Assembly: GCA_963771835.1 (NCBI GenBank) | Contig: CAVYVA010000006.1 | Span: 36,495-100,494 of the forward strand | Direction: 5' to 3' | DNA length: 64,000 bases | From: an uncultured Actinomycetota bacterium | GTDB taxonomy: Bacteria > Actinomycetota > Actinomycetes > Prado026 | Shown here: positions 47,777 to 58,099 of the stretch, in pieces | How positions within the stretch are numbered: the first letter of the stretch is position 1 | Layout of the letters: each line of letters starts with the position of its first letter | Made by a program: the position numbers and the translations under genes | Notes under the pieces: generated by a model | Database searches by the model: none | Seen by the model: the letters and a program-made list of their open reading frames with translations, nothing else | What the model was told of the DNA's origin: nothing

Positions 47777-48877
47777 CTAGAGCCGGAACGCGGCCCTGAT
47801 CGACGGTGCGCTGCTCGCCTGCCCGAGGTAGGGCAGCCCGAGGAGCTGCTCGGTGGCCTGCAGCAAGGAGTACTGGTTGGCTAGCGCCGTCCAGCGGGTC
47901 CCCGGGCGTACGTACGGGCTCAGCACCAGGAGGGCGATGTGACATCCCGGGTCGGTGGCGTTCGTCGCGCAGGCGCTGGTGTGGCGCGGCGTGCCCCCTT
48001 CGTCCCAGGTCAGGAAGACCACCGTCGAGCCGGAGCGGTAGGCGGCGCTGGCCAGGATCGCGCCGAGGTGCGTCCGCAGCCAGCTGTCGCCGGCGGCCAC
48101 CGACGACGACGTCTCGTGCATGTCGTTGCGCACGTTCGGGACGATGAGCGAGAAGCTCGGCAGCGCCCCCAGGTTGAGGGCGGTGAGCGGCACGTCGTTC
48201 GTCGCGCAGTTGGTCACCGACACGTAGTACGGGGCCGCCGTGTGGTGCACCACGTAGGGCCCCGCGTTGTGGCGCACGCAGTTGCCGGGCATCGACTCCG
48301 CGTACACACGCCATGACCTGGTCTGCGTGAAGATCGACGGCCCGGAGACCGGGCAGAACGTCGGGCAGTCCGTCCGTGGGAGCTGCCCCATCGCTCGCCC
48401 GGAGGTCATCGCGATGTAGTTGGGCAGGCTCGGGTGGGACACGTTGTGGAAGTTCGTGGCTACGCCGCACTGCGACGCCAGCGAAGAGATGTACGGCGCT
48501 CCGATCACCTGCGAGTAGCTGCGGTTCTCCATCACGATCCAGATGACGTGGGAGATGTGCGCCGTCCCGGTCGCCATCGCGCCGCAGACCGAGCTCGCGA
48601 CGGCCTTCGGTGTCGCAACGGCTGCGGACTTCGCCGGAGCGGGTCGCTGGTGCAGGTGCGGCTTGTGGGTGCGGTGGTGCCGGACCTGGGCGTGATGCAC
48701 TCGAGCGGCCTTCTTGTGCGCCCTGTTCGCGGCATTCGCCGTCGCGCCGACACCGGCCGCCGCCAGCGCGCTCACCAGGACCAGGACGGCCGCCGCCCCG
48801 AGCACCGGGTGCCGTCGGGCGCGGCCCGCGGCGCGGGTGGTACGGATGGTGCGGGTGGTGCGGTGAGCGTTCGTCAA
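47777..48877 (-). CDS. Secreted phosphoesterase (acid phosphatase / alkaline phosphatase superfamily)
   Basis: AGGAGA RBS then TTG; signal-like N-terminus; VIWIVMENRSY, HPSLPNYIAMTSG, NDMH, FLTWDE, YSLL. Confidence 0.8.
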   Translation of the reverse strand: MTNAHRTTRTIRTTRAAGRARRHPVLGAAAVLVLVSALAAAGVGATANAANRAHKKAARVHHAQVRHHRTHKPHLHQRPAPAKSAAVATPKAVASSVCGAMATGTAHISHVIWIVMENRSYSQVIGAPYISSLASQCGVATNFHNVSHPSLPNYIAMTSGRAMGQLPRTDCPTFCPVSGPSIFTQTRSWRVYAESMPGNCVRHNAGPYVVHHTAAPYYVSVTNCATNDVPLTALNLGALPSFSLIVPNVRNDMHETSSSVAAGDSWLRTHLGAILASAAYRSGSTVVFLTWDEGGTPRHTSACATNATDPGCHIALLVLSPYVRPGTRWTALANQYSLLQATEQLLGLPYLGQASSAPSIRAAFRL

Positions 48878-49007
48878 GGGGACTCTCCTGCCGCGATGCG
48901 AGAACGGGCGGCCGTCGAGCCCCCTCCACGGCCTACCTGGTGCCTGCTTCATAACCCTTCCCGGGTCAACGGAGGGCTAACCCGCGGTGAAGCCCCGGAG
49001 TCGCCAC

Positions 49008-49033
49008 TGAACCGGACCGGTCCCGCGTGCGTT
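49008..49033 (+). promoter_or_regulatory. Possible ECF-sigma promoter TGAACC-N16-CGTT
   Basis: Exact 16-nt spacer; -10 element ends 8 nt before the ATG at 49042. Confidence 0.4.
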
Positions 49034-49041
49034 GTACGGGC

Positions 49042-49416
49042 ATGGCCCAACGACGATCGTTGGTGGCACTGGCACTGGCACTGGCAGCCCTCTCGATCAC
49101 TGCGGGCTGCTCGTCCGCGACCTCCGGGCCCGGGTCCTCCGCCGCGTCCACGACGCAGCCAAGTGGGTCTTCGGGCCCGACCCTGGTCATCTCCGGGTTC
49201 GCGTTCTCCACGCTAACCGTCAAGCCCGGTGCGCTGGTCGCAGTGAGCAACCAGGACAACGTCGCCCACACCGTGAAGGTGAACGGCACGACCATCGACG
49301 TCACGGTGGGGGGCGGCGGCCATGCCACGTTCACGGCGCCCGCCAAGGCCGGCAGCTACCCGCTGACCTGCGACTTCCACCCCAGCATGCACGGCACCCT
49401 CACCGTCGCCGCCTAG
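49042..49416 (+). CDS. Cupredoxin-domain lipoprotein
   Basis: Lipobox ITAGC; AHT and CDFHPSMHG type-1 Cu ligands. Confidence 0.85.
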   Translation: MAQRRSLVALALALAALSITAGCSSATSGPGSSAASTTQPSGSSGPTLVISGFAFSTLTVKPGALVAVSNQDNVAHTVKVNGTTIDVTVGGGGHATFTAPAKAGSYPLTCDFHPSMHGTLTVAA

Positions 49417-49442
49417 CCCCCAAACGCCGCGAGTCGTGGGGG

Positions 49443-50006
49443 CTACTCGGCTCCCTGACGACGGGACTCGCCGGCCGCGCGACCGAGCTCGGCCCTGGCC
49501 AGCGCCCCGCCCCACTGCTCGGCCCGGTCCGCCTCGCCGGGCTTGAGCCCGGACTCCTTGCCGATCACGAAACCGTGTGGCCCGTCGACGAGGCGGAACC
49601 CGGTGCGCCGCAGCCGCTGGGCGATGCCCTTGGCGGCACGGCCGGACAGGACCGCGGGCACGTCCGCACGGGTGTCGAACGCGGCGGCCGCTCCCGTCAT
49701 CGCCGGCAGACCCTCGAACCACTCCCGCAGGCCGATCCCGTCCGCGCCGGGCTCGAGCGGTGCGCCCCTGCCGTACTTCGCCGGGTCGGACACCGCGGCC
49801 TGCCGCGTCTGCGGCCGGGACATCCCGTGCGCGTGCGTGGGACCGCCGACCACCACGAGGTCGGCGTCGGCCACCAGCACGACGTCGGCCTCGCCCACCC
49901 GGCGGACCTCCACCTTGTCCACCACGGTGCGCAGCCCGACCGCGATGCGCTCGGCGATCTCGCGGGTGCTCCCGAACATCGACTCATAGACGACCAGTGC
50001 GTGCAT
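49443..50006 (-). CDS. Flavodoxin-domain protein
   Basis: VVYESMFGSTREIA, VVGGPTH, AAFDTR. Confidence 0.85.
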   Translation of the reverse strand: MHALVVYESMFGSTREIAERIAVGLRTVVDKVEVRRVGEADVVLVADADLVVVGGPTHAHGMSRPQTRQAAVSDPAKYGRGAPLEPGADGIGLREWFEGLPAMTGAAAAFDTRADVPAVLSGRAAKGIAQRLRRTGFRLVDGPHGFVIGKESGLKPGEADRAEQWGGALARAELGRAAGESRRQGAE

Positions 50007-50058
50007 GGCCGCACCTCCTTCTTGGCTCAGATCCTTGGTGGGTCAGGGCTGCCTCGAC

Positions 50059-51069
50059 TCAGAGCTGGAAGACCACGCGGGCCGGGATGTCGCCGGCGAG
50101 GACCTCATCCATGGACTGGTTCACCTCGTCCAGCTTGCGGTCGACGGCGACCACCCGCGTGCGTCCGGATGCGTGCAGCGCGAACACGTCGCGCAGGTCG
50201 TTACGGGTCCCCACGATCGACCCGATGATCGACTTCCCGTTCAGCACGGTGTCGAAGATCGGGACGCTCATGGTCCCGTCGGCCGGCAGCGCGACGCACA
50301 CCAGCCGGCCGCCGCGCCGCAGGGACGCGTAGGCCTGCTCGAACGACTTCGCGGACGCGGCCAGCGCGACCGCGACGTCCGCGCCGCCGAGGCGGCGGAT
50401 CGCTTCGACCGGGTCGTGCAGCCTCGCGTTGACGACATGGTCGGCGCCGAGCTCGGTGGCCATGCCCAGCTTGACGTCCTCGACGTCCACGCCGATGACG
50501 AACGCGCCGGCGATCCTCGCGTACTGCACGGCCAGGTGGCCGAGCCCGCCGACCCCGAAGACGGCGACCGTCTCGGCGGGAGCGACCCGCGCGACCTTGA
50601 TCGCCTTGTACGTCGTCACGCCGGCGCAGGTCAGCGGCGCGGCGTCCCGGGACGGGATGACGTCGGGGACCGGGGTCGCGAAGGCGGCGGGGAGCACGGC
50701 GTACTCGGCGAAGGCACCGTTGACCGAGTAGCCGGAGTTGTGCTGGCTCTCGCACAGCGTCTCCCACCCGCCGATGCAGTACCGGCAGTGCCCGCAGGCC
50801 GAGCCGAGCCACGCGATGGCCACCCGGTCGCCGATCGCCCGCTCGGTCACCGCGGACCCGATCCGCTCGATGTGCCCGATGCCCTCGTGCCCCGGGATGA
50901 ACGGCAGCGTTGGCCGTACCGGCCAGTCGCCGTGCGCCGCATGGATGTCGGTGTGGCACAGACCGCTCGCCTCGATCCGAACGAGGACCTCGTCCGGGCC
51001 CGGCTCCGGGGTCGGTACGTCGGTGACCTGCAGCGGGGAGTGGAAGTCGGTGACGACGGCAGCCTTCAT
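50059..51069 (-). CDS. adhP: Zn-dependent alcohol dehydrogenase (AdhP-like)
   Basis: GLCHTD, PGHEG, CGHCRYCIGGWETLC, GVGGLG. Confidence 0.9.
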   Translation of the reverse strand: MKAAVVTDFHSPLQVTDVPTPEPGPDEVLVRIEASGLCHTDIHAAHGDWPVRPTLPFIPGHEGIGHIERIGSAVTERAIGDRVAIAWLGSACGHCRYCIGGWETLCESQHNSGYSVNGAFAEYAVLPAAFATPVPDVIPSRDAAPLTCAGVTTYKAIKVARVAPAETVAVFGVGGLGHLAVQYARIAGAFVIGVDVEDVKLGMATELGADHVVNARLHDPVEAIRRLGGADVAVALAASAKSFEQAYASLRRGGRLVCVALPADGTMSVPIFDTVLNGKSIIGSIVGTRNDLRDVFALHASGRTRVVAVDRKLDEVNQSMDEVLAGDIPARVVFQL

Positions 51070-51150
51070 GGCCGGCTCCTCTCGGTGTCGGAGCGGCCGG
51101 GGTCGCCGCTCGGTTCCCATCGACTCTGGTCCGCCCGAGCCCTCGCCCCT

Positions 51151-51166
51151 AGGGCCGTAGGTCCCG
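51151..51166. promoter_or_regulatory. DosR-like box between adh and the membrane protein gene
   Basis: aGGGCCgtagGTCCCg. Confidence 0.6.
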
Positions 51167-51274
51167 ATCGGACGGGTCGATCGCCCCTGCGCGGACATGG
51201 GTCCACTGGAGCAGGCTCGAGGTGTCGCCGCGCCGATCGGGCGCGGCCCGCGACCGATCGGGGGTCAGCCGGCC

Positions 51275-52642
51275 ATGTCTGCGACCACGCGAACCGATCT
51301 CCTCCAGGTCCGGTCCGAAGACCGCCAGGACCTTGATCTCACGCCGGGGCCGGTCGCCACCGGGCTGTCCGCCGCCCTGGCGGCGGTGGCCGCGCTCACC
51401 TGCGCGCTGACGCTGTTCGTCCCGGGGGTCCTGACCGGTCCCCCGGCCATGAACGGGTCCGCGCGCGGGACGGCGCTGGTCGCGCTCGTCGTGGCGGTGC
51501 CCGTCCTGGTCACCGCGATGGTGCTCGCCCGCCGCGGCTCGGTGCGCGCGGTACCGGTGTGGATCGGCGCCGTCGCCTACCTGCTGTACAACGCGGTCCT
51601 GTTCGTCCTCGCGACCCCGTTCGACGACCTGTTCCTGCTGGACGTCGCGACCCTGTCACTGGCGCTGTGGTCGCTGGTCGCGGTGCTGCACGGCGTGGAC
51701 GTCGCGCGGTTCGGCGCCCTCTTCGCCGGCGGCACACCGGTCCGTGCGGTGGCCGTCTACGTCTGGGTGGTCGTCGGGCTGAACACGCTCGCCTGGACCG
51801 CCCCGGTGCTGCGCGCGATGGCGGCCGACGGTCCACCCGCCTTCCTGGCCGGCACGGGCCTGACCACCAGCCCCACCTACATCCAGGACCTCGCCTTCTG
51901 GCTGCCGGCGATGGCGGTCGCCGCCGCCTGGCTGTGGCGCCGGGCCGCCTGGGGCTTCCTCGTCGTCGGCTCGGGACTGGTGGCGTGGGTCGTCGAGAGC
52001 CTCGGCATCGCGGTCGACCAGTGGCTCGGGCATGCGGCCGACCCCGGCTCGGAGGTGGCGTCCGCGTCGATCAGCCCGGCCTTCGCGGTGCTCGCCGTCG
52101 TCGGCATGGTGCCGCTCGTCGCGCTGCTGCGCGGCCTGCCGTCCGGAGCCGGCCGCGCGCCGGGCCGCTCACCGGACCGGGCCCGGCGGGGTGGCTGGGC
52201 CTGGGCCCTGGTCGGCATCGAGGCCTTCGTCGGCGGGATGGCCGTCCTCGGCGGCGTCCGGATGATCGTCGACGGGTTCGGCATGCCCACCGACTGGCTG
52301 GTCGCGGCCGGGGTGGACAGCTGGGTCCTCCCCGGGATCGCGCTGCTGGCGGGCGTGGCAGCACCGCAGCTGCTCGCGGCGGTGCTGGTGGCCACCGGGA
52401 GCCGGTGGGCCGTCGCGGTCGCGTGGGTGGCCGGCGGGGGCCTGCTGGCCTGGATCGTCGTCCAGATGGCCGTGCTGGAGAAGTACTTCTTCCTGCAGCC
52501 GGTGATCGCGGTGCTGGGCCTGGCCGAGGTCGCGCTCGTCGCCCTCATGCAGGCCTCGGGACCAACGACTCTGCCCGTGGCTCCGGCGACGCGCGACGCT
52601 CGAGGCGTGAGCGGATCCATGCAGATGAGGAGGTCGTCATGA
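51275..52642 (+). CDS. Polytopic membrane protein of unknown function (apparently two membrane domains)
   Basis: Many hydrophobic segments; YIQDLAFWLP; C-terminal SWVLPGIAL..YFFLQP module. Confidence 0.75.
   Translation: MSATTRTDLLQVRSEDRQDLDLTPGPVATGLSAALAAVAALTCALTLFVPGVLTGPPAMNGSARGTALVALVVAVPVLVTAMVLARRGSVRAVPVWIGAVAYLLYNAVLFVLATPFDDLFLLDVATLSLALWSLVAVLHGVDVARFGALFAGGTPVRAVAVYVWVVVGLNTLAWTAPVLRAMAADGPPAFLAGTGLTTSPTYIQDLAFWLPAMAVAAAWLWRRAAWGFLVVGSGLVAWVVESLGIAVDQWLGHAADPGSEVASASISPAFAVLAVVGMVPLVALLRGLPSGAGRAPGRSPDRARRGGWAWALVGIEAFVGGMAVLGGVRMIVDGFGMPTDWLVAAGVDSWVLPGIALLAGVAAPQLLAAVLVATGSRWAVAVAWVAGGGLLAWIVVQMAVLEKYFFLQPVIAVLGLAEVALVALMQASGPTTLPVAPATRDARGVSGSMQMRRSS
52557..52572. promoter_or_regulatory. 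DosR-like box upstream of the second USP
   Basis: cGGGACcaacGACTCt, 66 bp before the USP ATG. Confidence 0.5.
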
Positions 52643-53544
52643 GAAGCGACAAGACTGTGCTCGTCGGGTACGACGGATCCGAGTCGAGTCGGTACGCGTT
52701 GCGGTGGGCCCTGGATGACGCCCGGCGCCGCCACCTGCCGGTCGTGATCCTTCACGCGGACACCCCGGACGTGGTCCTGAACAGCGTGGGGATGGGCTTC
52801 TACCAGCCCGTCACCGACCCGCCAGGCCCCGAGGGGACCTCGACGCTCGCCGACGCGACCTCCCTGGCAGCGAAATGGGCGCCCGGCGTCACCGTGCGCC
52901 AGCGCCTGACGGCTTCGTCTCCCGCGGTCGCCGTGCTGGACGCGATGGGCGACGCGGCCCTGGTCGTCCTCGGCTCGCGCGGGCTGGACGGCTTCGCCGA
53001 GCTGCTCGTCGGCTCTACGTCCCTGCACGTCGCGACGCACGCCACCGTCCCCGTGGTGGTGGTCCGTGTCCACGACACGATCCTCACCGGGCCGGAGGCC
53101 GGTCGCATCGTCGTCGGTGTCGACGGTTCCGACGCTGCCCAGGACGCGCTGGCGTTCGGGTTCGAGGAGGCCGCTCTCCGCGGCGTCGGGCTCACCGCAG
53201 TCCGCGCCTGGTACTCCGACTTCTTCGACAGCAGCGGCCCGAAGAGCGGAGCGATCCCGCTGAACGTGGAGACCGAGGTCGTCGTCCCGGCCGAGACCGC
53301 GGCGCTGACCGAGGCCGTGGCCGGCTGGCGGAACAAGTTCCCGGACGTCGACGTGCGCGAGCGCGTGGTGCACGGCATCGCGGCGCCGGTGCTCGTCGAC
53401 GCCGCCCGAGGCGCAGAGCTGCTGGTCGTCGGGTCGCGCGGTCGCGGCGGGTTCCGCTCGCTGCTGCTCGGCTCGGTCAGCCACGCGGTGATGCACCACG
53501 CGACGGCACCGGTCGCCGTCGTCCGACCGTTCTCGACCGTCTGA
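52639..53544 (+). CDS. Tandem universal stress protein
   Basis: VLVGYDGS, LGSRGLDGF, VVGVDGS, VGSRGRGGF..LLGSVS. Confidence 0.92.
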   Translation: MRSDKTVLVGYDGSESSRYALRWALDDARRRHLPVVILHADTPDVVLNSVGMGFYQPVTDPPGPEGTSTLADATSLAAKWAPGVTVRQRLTASSPAVAVLDAMGDAALVVLGSRGLDGFAELLVGSTSLHVATHATVPVVVVRVHDTILTGPEAGRIVVGVDGSDAAQDALAFGFEEAALRGVGLTAVRAWYSDFFDSSGPKSGAIPLNVETEVVVPAETAALTEAVAGWRNKFPDVDVRERVVHGIAAPVLVDAARGAELLVVGSRGRGGFRSLLLGSVSHAVMHHATAPVAVVRPFSTV

Positions 53545-53587
53545 CCCGACGAATCTCGCCGGCCGTAGGACGACGGAGGTGGGAACC

Positions 53588-54565
53588 GTGGCCGCGGAGA
53601 GGCTCAGCCGCCCTGCCTGGGAGTTGATGCTCGCCGCGGCCACGGCCGCACCCTCGCTGCACAACAGCCAGCCGTGGCGGTTCGTCGTGACCGGCGCACA
53701 GATCGACCTGTACGCGGATCCGGGACGGCAGCTGCGCGAGGTGGACCCCACCGGGCGCCAGCTGCTGATCAGCTGCGGCGCGGCCCTGTTCAACCTGCGG
53801 CTGGCCGCCGGCCACCTGGGCCTGGAGCCGAAGGTGCGGGTCCTGCCGGACCCGACCCAGCCCACCCTGGTGGCCAGGGCCACCATCTCCGGGCACCGGA
53901 TGGCGCCCGGCGTGTCCGAGCTGCTGTACCAGGCCATCCCGTACCGGCACACCAACCGGCATCCGTTCGAGGACGTGCGCATCCCCGAGGAGACCGTGCT
54001 GGCGATGCAGGAGGCCGGGCAGCTCGAGGGCGCAGGGCTGGACGTGCCGCGCGAGCGCGCGGAACGCGTGCGGCTGGCGGAGCTCATCCGGGTCGCCGAC
54101 TTCGAGCACGACCACCGGCCCGCCGTCGCCGTCGAGGCGGTGCAGTGGACGGGCGTGCACCCCGACCGCCGGGACGGTGTCCCCGGCTACGCGCTCGGCC
54201 CGGTCGCGGACGACCCCGACGCGATCGTCCGCGACCTGCGCCGCGGGGCCCCGCTCCCCGACCGGCCGCGAGAGCAGTTCGAGGCGGTGCCGGTCCTGGC
54301 GGTGCTGTTCACCGCGGCCGACGACCGCGGGTCGTGGGTCCGGGCGGGGCAGGCGCTCCAGCGCGTGCTGCTGACGGCGACCCTGCACGGCATCTCGGCG
54401 TCGTTCGTCAACCAGCCGCTCGAGGTGCCGGCGCTGCGCCGCACGGTGTTCGGCCCGGGCACCGTGCAGGGCCACCCGCAGATGCTGCTCCGGCTGGGTC
54501 GCGGCACTCCGGTCCCGCCGACCCCGCGGCGGCCGCTCGACGAGGTGACCCGACAACGGTTCTGA
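53588..54565 (+). CDS. Acg-family FMN-binding nitroreductase-like protein
   Basis: ATAAPSLHNSQPWRF, RHTNRHPF, WVRAGQALQRVLLTAT, PTPRRP. Confidence 0.87.
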   Translation: MAAERLSRPAWELMLAAATAAPSLHNSQPWRFVVTGAQIDLYADPGRQLREVDPTGRQLLISCGAALFNLRLAAGHLGLEPKVRVLPDPTQPTLVARATISGHRMAPGVSELLYQAIPYRHTNRHPFEDVRIPEETVLAMQEAGQLEGAGLDVPRERAERVRLAELIRVADFEHDHRPAVAVEAVQWTGVHPDRRDGVPGYALGPVADDPDAIVRDLRRGAPLPDRPREQFEAVPVLAVLFTAADDRGSWVRAGQALQRVLLTATLHGISASFVNQPLEVPALRRTVFGPGTVQGHPQMLLRLGRGTPVPPTPRRPLDEVTRQRF

Positions 54566-54703
54566 GCAGAGGCGGGCTCCGCCGGCGCTCGCTGCTCAGC
54601 CGACGCGGACGAGACCCTCGGCCCGGACGGCGTACTCGGTCGTGACCGAGAGCACCGGGGAGTAGACGAGCAGGCTCACCGCGGGTGCGAGCTGCTGGAC
54701 CGG

Positions 54704-55496
54704 TCAGCGAGTCGGTCGCCGGTCGAACAACCACTGCGCCCACAGGTAGGAGCCGACGTGCGATCCCCACGCTCCACGCGATCGCGACTGCGACGTCGCG
54801 ACCGCTGGGAGTCCCGAGCAGCAGCCCACGGACTGTCTCGATCGTCGGCGTGAACGGCTCGTTCTCGGCGAACCACCGCAGCGGTCCGGGCAGCGACCCG
54901 GTGGGGACGAAGCCGCTGCTGAGGAACGGCAGCAGGACCAGGAACATGGGCAGGTTGCTCGCGCTCTCCGGTGTCTTCGCGACCAGGCCGAGCGCGACGG
55001 ACAGCCAGGTGAGCGCCACCGTGAACAGCGCGACCACGCTCGCCGCCACGATCCAGCCGTTCACCCCTGCCGTGGGCCGGAAGCCGACGGCCAGCGCGAC
55101 CGCGAGGACGACGACCAGGCTCAGCATGGTCTGCAGGAAGCTGCTGACCGCGTGGCCGGTGAGCACGGCAGACTTCGTCACGGGCATCGTCCTGAAGCGG
55201 GCGATGAGGCCCGCGTTCATGTCCAGGGCGACCGAGATTGCTGTGCCCTGGGCGGCGGCAGCCACCGTGATGAGCAGGATCCCGGGCGTCACGTAGTCGG
55301 CGTAGCCCGCGCGTCCGAGGTTCCCTCCGCCCAGGCCGGTGCCCAGGGTCTGGCCGAAGACGTAGACGAACAGGAGCAGGAACACCACCGGCATCCCGAC
55401 CAGGATGATGGTCATGCTCGGGTAGCGGACGATGCGTCGCAGGCTCCGCCGGGTCATCGTCGAGGAGTCGTGGACGGCCTCGCTGAGTGTGGACAC
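54704..55496 (-). CDS. ABC-2 transporter permease (DrrB-like); frameshift near C-terminus
   Basis: RRIVRYP, YVTPGIL, IARFRTMP, FLSSGFVP..LPGPLRWFAENEPFT; corrected end LFDRRPTR*. Confidence 0.88.
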
Positions 55497-55502
55497 GGGT
55501 CA

Positions 55503-56496
55503 TCAGCTCCGCTCGGTCTGCTCCTGGCCGGTCAGGCTCAGGAACACGTCGTCGAGGTCAGGCAGGTGGACGGACAGCTCGTCGGGGACCAGCGAGCTCC
55601 GGTCGAGCGCGTCGAGCACGGACCGCAGCGCGTGGACGCCGCCGTCGCTGGGGACCTGCAGGCTCAGGCTCGCCGGGTCGCGGGTCGATCGTGGGAAGGC
55701 GCGAGCCGCTGCATCGAGCTGCTCGGCGTCGGCGAACTGCAGGCGCACGTGGCCGCCGGGGACCAGCCGCTTGAGCTCGGCCGGCGTGCCTTGCGCCACC
55801 AGTCGGCCCGCGTCGAGCACGGCCACCCGATGGGCCAGGTGGTCGGCCTCCTCGAGGTACTGCGTGGTGAGGAAGACCGTGACGCCGGCGCGCGGCGAGC
55901 TCCCGGACGATCTGCCAGACGGTGCGCCGGCTCCGGGGGTCGAGCCCAGTCGTCGGCTCGTCCAGGAAGATGATCGTGGGCTCGCCGACGAGCGTCATGG
56001 CCAGGTCGAGCCGGCGCCTCATGCCGCCGGAGTACGTCGATGCCAGCCGGTCCGCGTCCGCCGTGAGGTCGAACCGCTCGATGAGGTCGGCGACCCGTCG
56101 CTGCGACGTCGAGCGCCCCAGGCGGTACAGGCTCGCCATCAGGGCGAGGTTCTCGCGGCCGGTGAGCAGGTCGTCGAGCGCGGACGCCTGGCCGGTGACG
56201 CCGATCCGGCTGCGTACCGAACCGGCCTGCGAGCGGACGTCGTAGCCGCCCACCAGCGCGGTCCCCTCGTCGGCGGGGATGAGCGTGGACAGGATCTGCA
56301 CGAGCGTGGTCTTGCCGGCGCCGTTCGGACCGAGCAGGGCGAACACCGTGCCCTCGTCCACCGTGAGGTCGATCCCGTCGAGCACGGTGGCGTCGCCGTA
56401 CGACTTGCGCAGACCGGCCGTCGCGATGGCGGATGTGGCGGCCGTCGTGGCGGTGGCGGCGGTCGAGGTGGTCGTCATCGAGCCGGCTCCCGTCAC
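55503..56496 (-). CDS. ABC transporter ATP-binding protein (DrrA-like); one frameshift
   Basis: GPNGAGKTT, YSGGMRRRLDLA, FLDEPTTGLDP, LTTQYLEEA. Confidence 0.92.
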
Positions 56497-57350
56497 GACT
56501 CGTCGTCGGGGACGCGGACGACGTGGATGTCCCCGGCGCTGGTCTGGGCATGGACCTCGACGGTCCGCTCGCCGGCGGCAGGCTGGTCGGTGGCGTCGAG
56601 GTCGCTGCGCACGGTGCCGAACGAGGTGCTCACGTCGAGCCGCGCGGAGGTGCCGGTCGCGATGCCGACCTCGATGCGACCGAGCGACGTCTTCAGCTGC
56701 ACGGATCCGCGCTCGACGCTGCCGATCCGCAGGTTGCCGTTCGCCGTGGTCGCGGTGACGTCCCCCTGCGCACGGTCGACCGAGACGCTGCCGTTCGCCG
56801 ACTTGACCCGCAGCGGGCCGCCGCTGTCGCCGATCCTCGTGTCGCCGTTGGAGTTCTTCACCTCGGCGCGACCACCGATCCGGTCGATGTGCACGGAACC
56901 CGAGCCGGTCGAGCAGTACACCTCGCCGGCGATGTCCCCAGCGACGACGGCTCCGATGGCCGTCCTCAGGTCGGCGCTGGTCGCGTCCTGCACCCGGATG
57001 TCCCCCGCCGACGTCTTGACCCGGCAGCTGCCGAGCTCGCCCTCGACCCCGATCGCACCGAGGGCCGACACCGCGTCGAGATCCGACCCCGACGCCAGCC
57101 GGACCGCGACCTGCACCGATCCGCGCTTCTTGGTGAAGCTGACCGGATGCTTCGGTCCGACCACCCGCAGGCGACCGTCTGCGCAGGTCATCGTGGTGGC
57201 GTCGGCTGCCCGGCGGTCCTTCTCGTTCGTCGGGTCGGTCGGGGTCACGTCCACGACGGTGGGTCCGTCGTCGCCCGCGACGATCCAGATGTCGCCCATC
57301 TCGACCTCGACGGAGGCCGCGATCGGGCCGGTGGTGGGGAAGCTGGTCAT
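56493..57350 (-). CDS. DUF4097 beta-strand-repeat protein
   Basis: MTSFPTTGPIAASVEV; repeated KTSAGDI / KNSNGDT / KSANGSV / TTANGNL units. Confidence 0.85.
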   Translation of the reverse strand: MTSFPTTGPIAASVEVEMGDIWIVAGDDGPTVVDVTPTDPTNEKDRRAADATTMTCADGRLRVVGPKHPVSFTKKRGSVQVAVRLASGSDLDAVSALGAIGVEGELGSCRVKTSAGDIRVQDATSADLRTAIGAVVAGDIAGEVYCSTGSGSVHIDRIGGRAEVKNSNGDTRIGDSGGPLRVKSANGSVSVDRAQGDVTATTANGNLRIGSVERGSVQLKTSLGRIEVGIATGTSARLDVSTSFGTVRSDLDATDQPAAGERTVEVHAQTSAGDIHVVRVPDDES

Positions 57351-57411
57351 GTCGTGTCCTCCACTGCGATCGGTGAGTCGGGTCCGGGGCGGGACGGCGC
57401 TTCCACCGGGG

Positions 57412-57917
57412 CTAGTGCACCCATCCGTGGTAGCGGTCGCCGCCGCGTGCAGAGGCTCCGGGTCGGGGACGGGCTGGGCGGTCCTGCGGCCAGCGCGGCG
57501 GCGGCCGCGCGCACGAGCCACGCGTTGACCGACATCCCGGCACGCCGGGCGGCCGCGTCGACCCGGTCCTTGAGGTCCTGCCCGAGCCGCAGGTTGATCC
57601 GGGTCATGGCCGCGTCGTCGCCCGACGGCGGTCGCCGGTTCGTCCGCTGCGGCGCGGTCGACGGCCTCCGGCACGGCCGGAGCGACCACCACGAACTCCG
57701 GGTCGCGGCCGCGCAGCCGCAGCTCGACCGACCCGGGGGCGAGCTCCTGGGTGATCTCGGCAGCGGCCACGGAGAGCGCATCGAGCAGGGACAGCCGGAA
57801 GGCCGACTCCAGCGTCGCGGTCAGTCGCTCGGCCAGATCCCGCGCCTCGGGGCCACCGGGTTCGGCGGCGGCGGCGAGCTGGCTCCGCAGGTCGGTGAGG
57901 TACGGCGCGAGATCCAT
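57412..57917 (-). CDS. Ribbon-helix-helix regulator (family often labelled HicB-like); frameshifted
   Basis: MDLAPYLTDLRSQL.., TRINLRLGQDLKDRVDAAARRAGMSVNAWLVRA; corrected end GDRYHGWVH*. Confidence 0.8.
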
Positions 57918-57924
57918 GGCACAA

Positions 57925-57950
57925 CTATGGCACCATAATTGGTGCCATAG
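57925..57950. promoter_or_regulatory. Perfect 11-bp inverted repeat, probable RHH auto-operator
   Basis: ctatggcacca-taat-tggtgccatag, 8 bp upstream of the ATG; extra TGGCAC/GTGCCA half-sites nearby. Confidence 0.7.
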
Positions 57951-58099
57951 TCAAGTGATGTGATGCCAAGTTAGGTGCCACTCGGCATTCTCGGGTCGGT
58001 CCGAGGGTGGACGGTTCGACGAGACTGACGAGTAGGGTCGCGAGCATGGTCGCCACCGGTGCGGCAGCTGCCCGGCCGTGGGCGTCCCTCGGCTAGGCC

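Noticed and set aside
48880-49000. Riboswitch in the phosphoesterase-cupredoxin intergenic region
   Set aside because: No recognisable aptamer consensus by eye; an Infernal/Rfam scan would be needed
56493-57917. RHH-DUF4097 fusion and a HicAB toxin-antitoxin system
   Set aside because: Corrected RHH ends GWVH* at 57412 and DUF4097 has its own GGAGG RBS and ATG at 57350; no HicA toxin gene is adjacent
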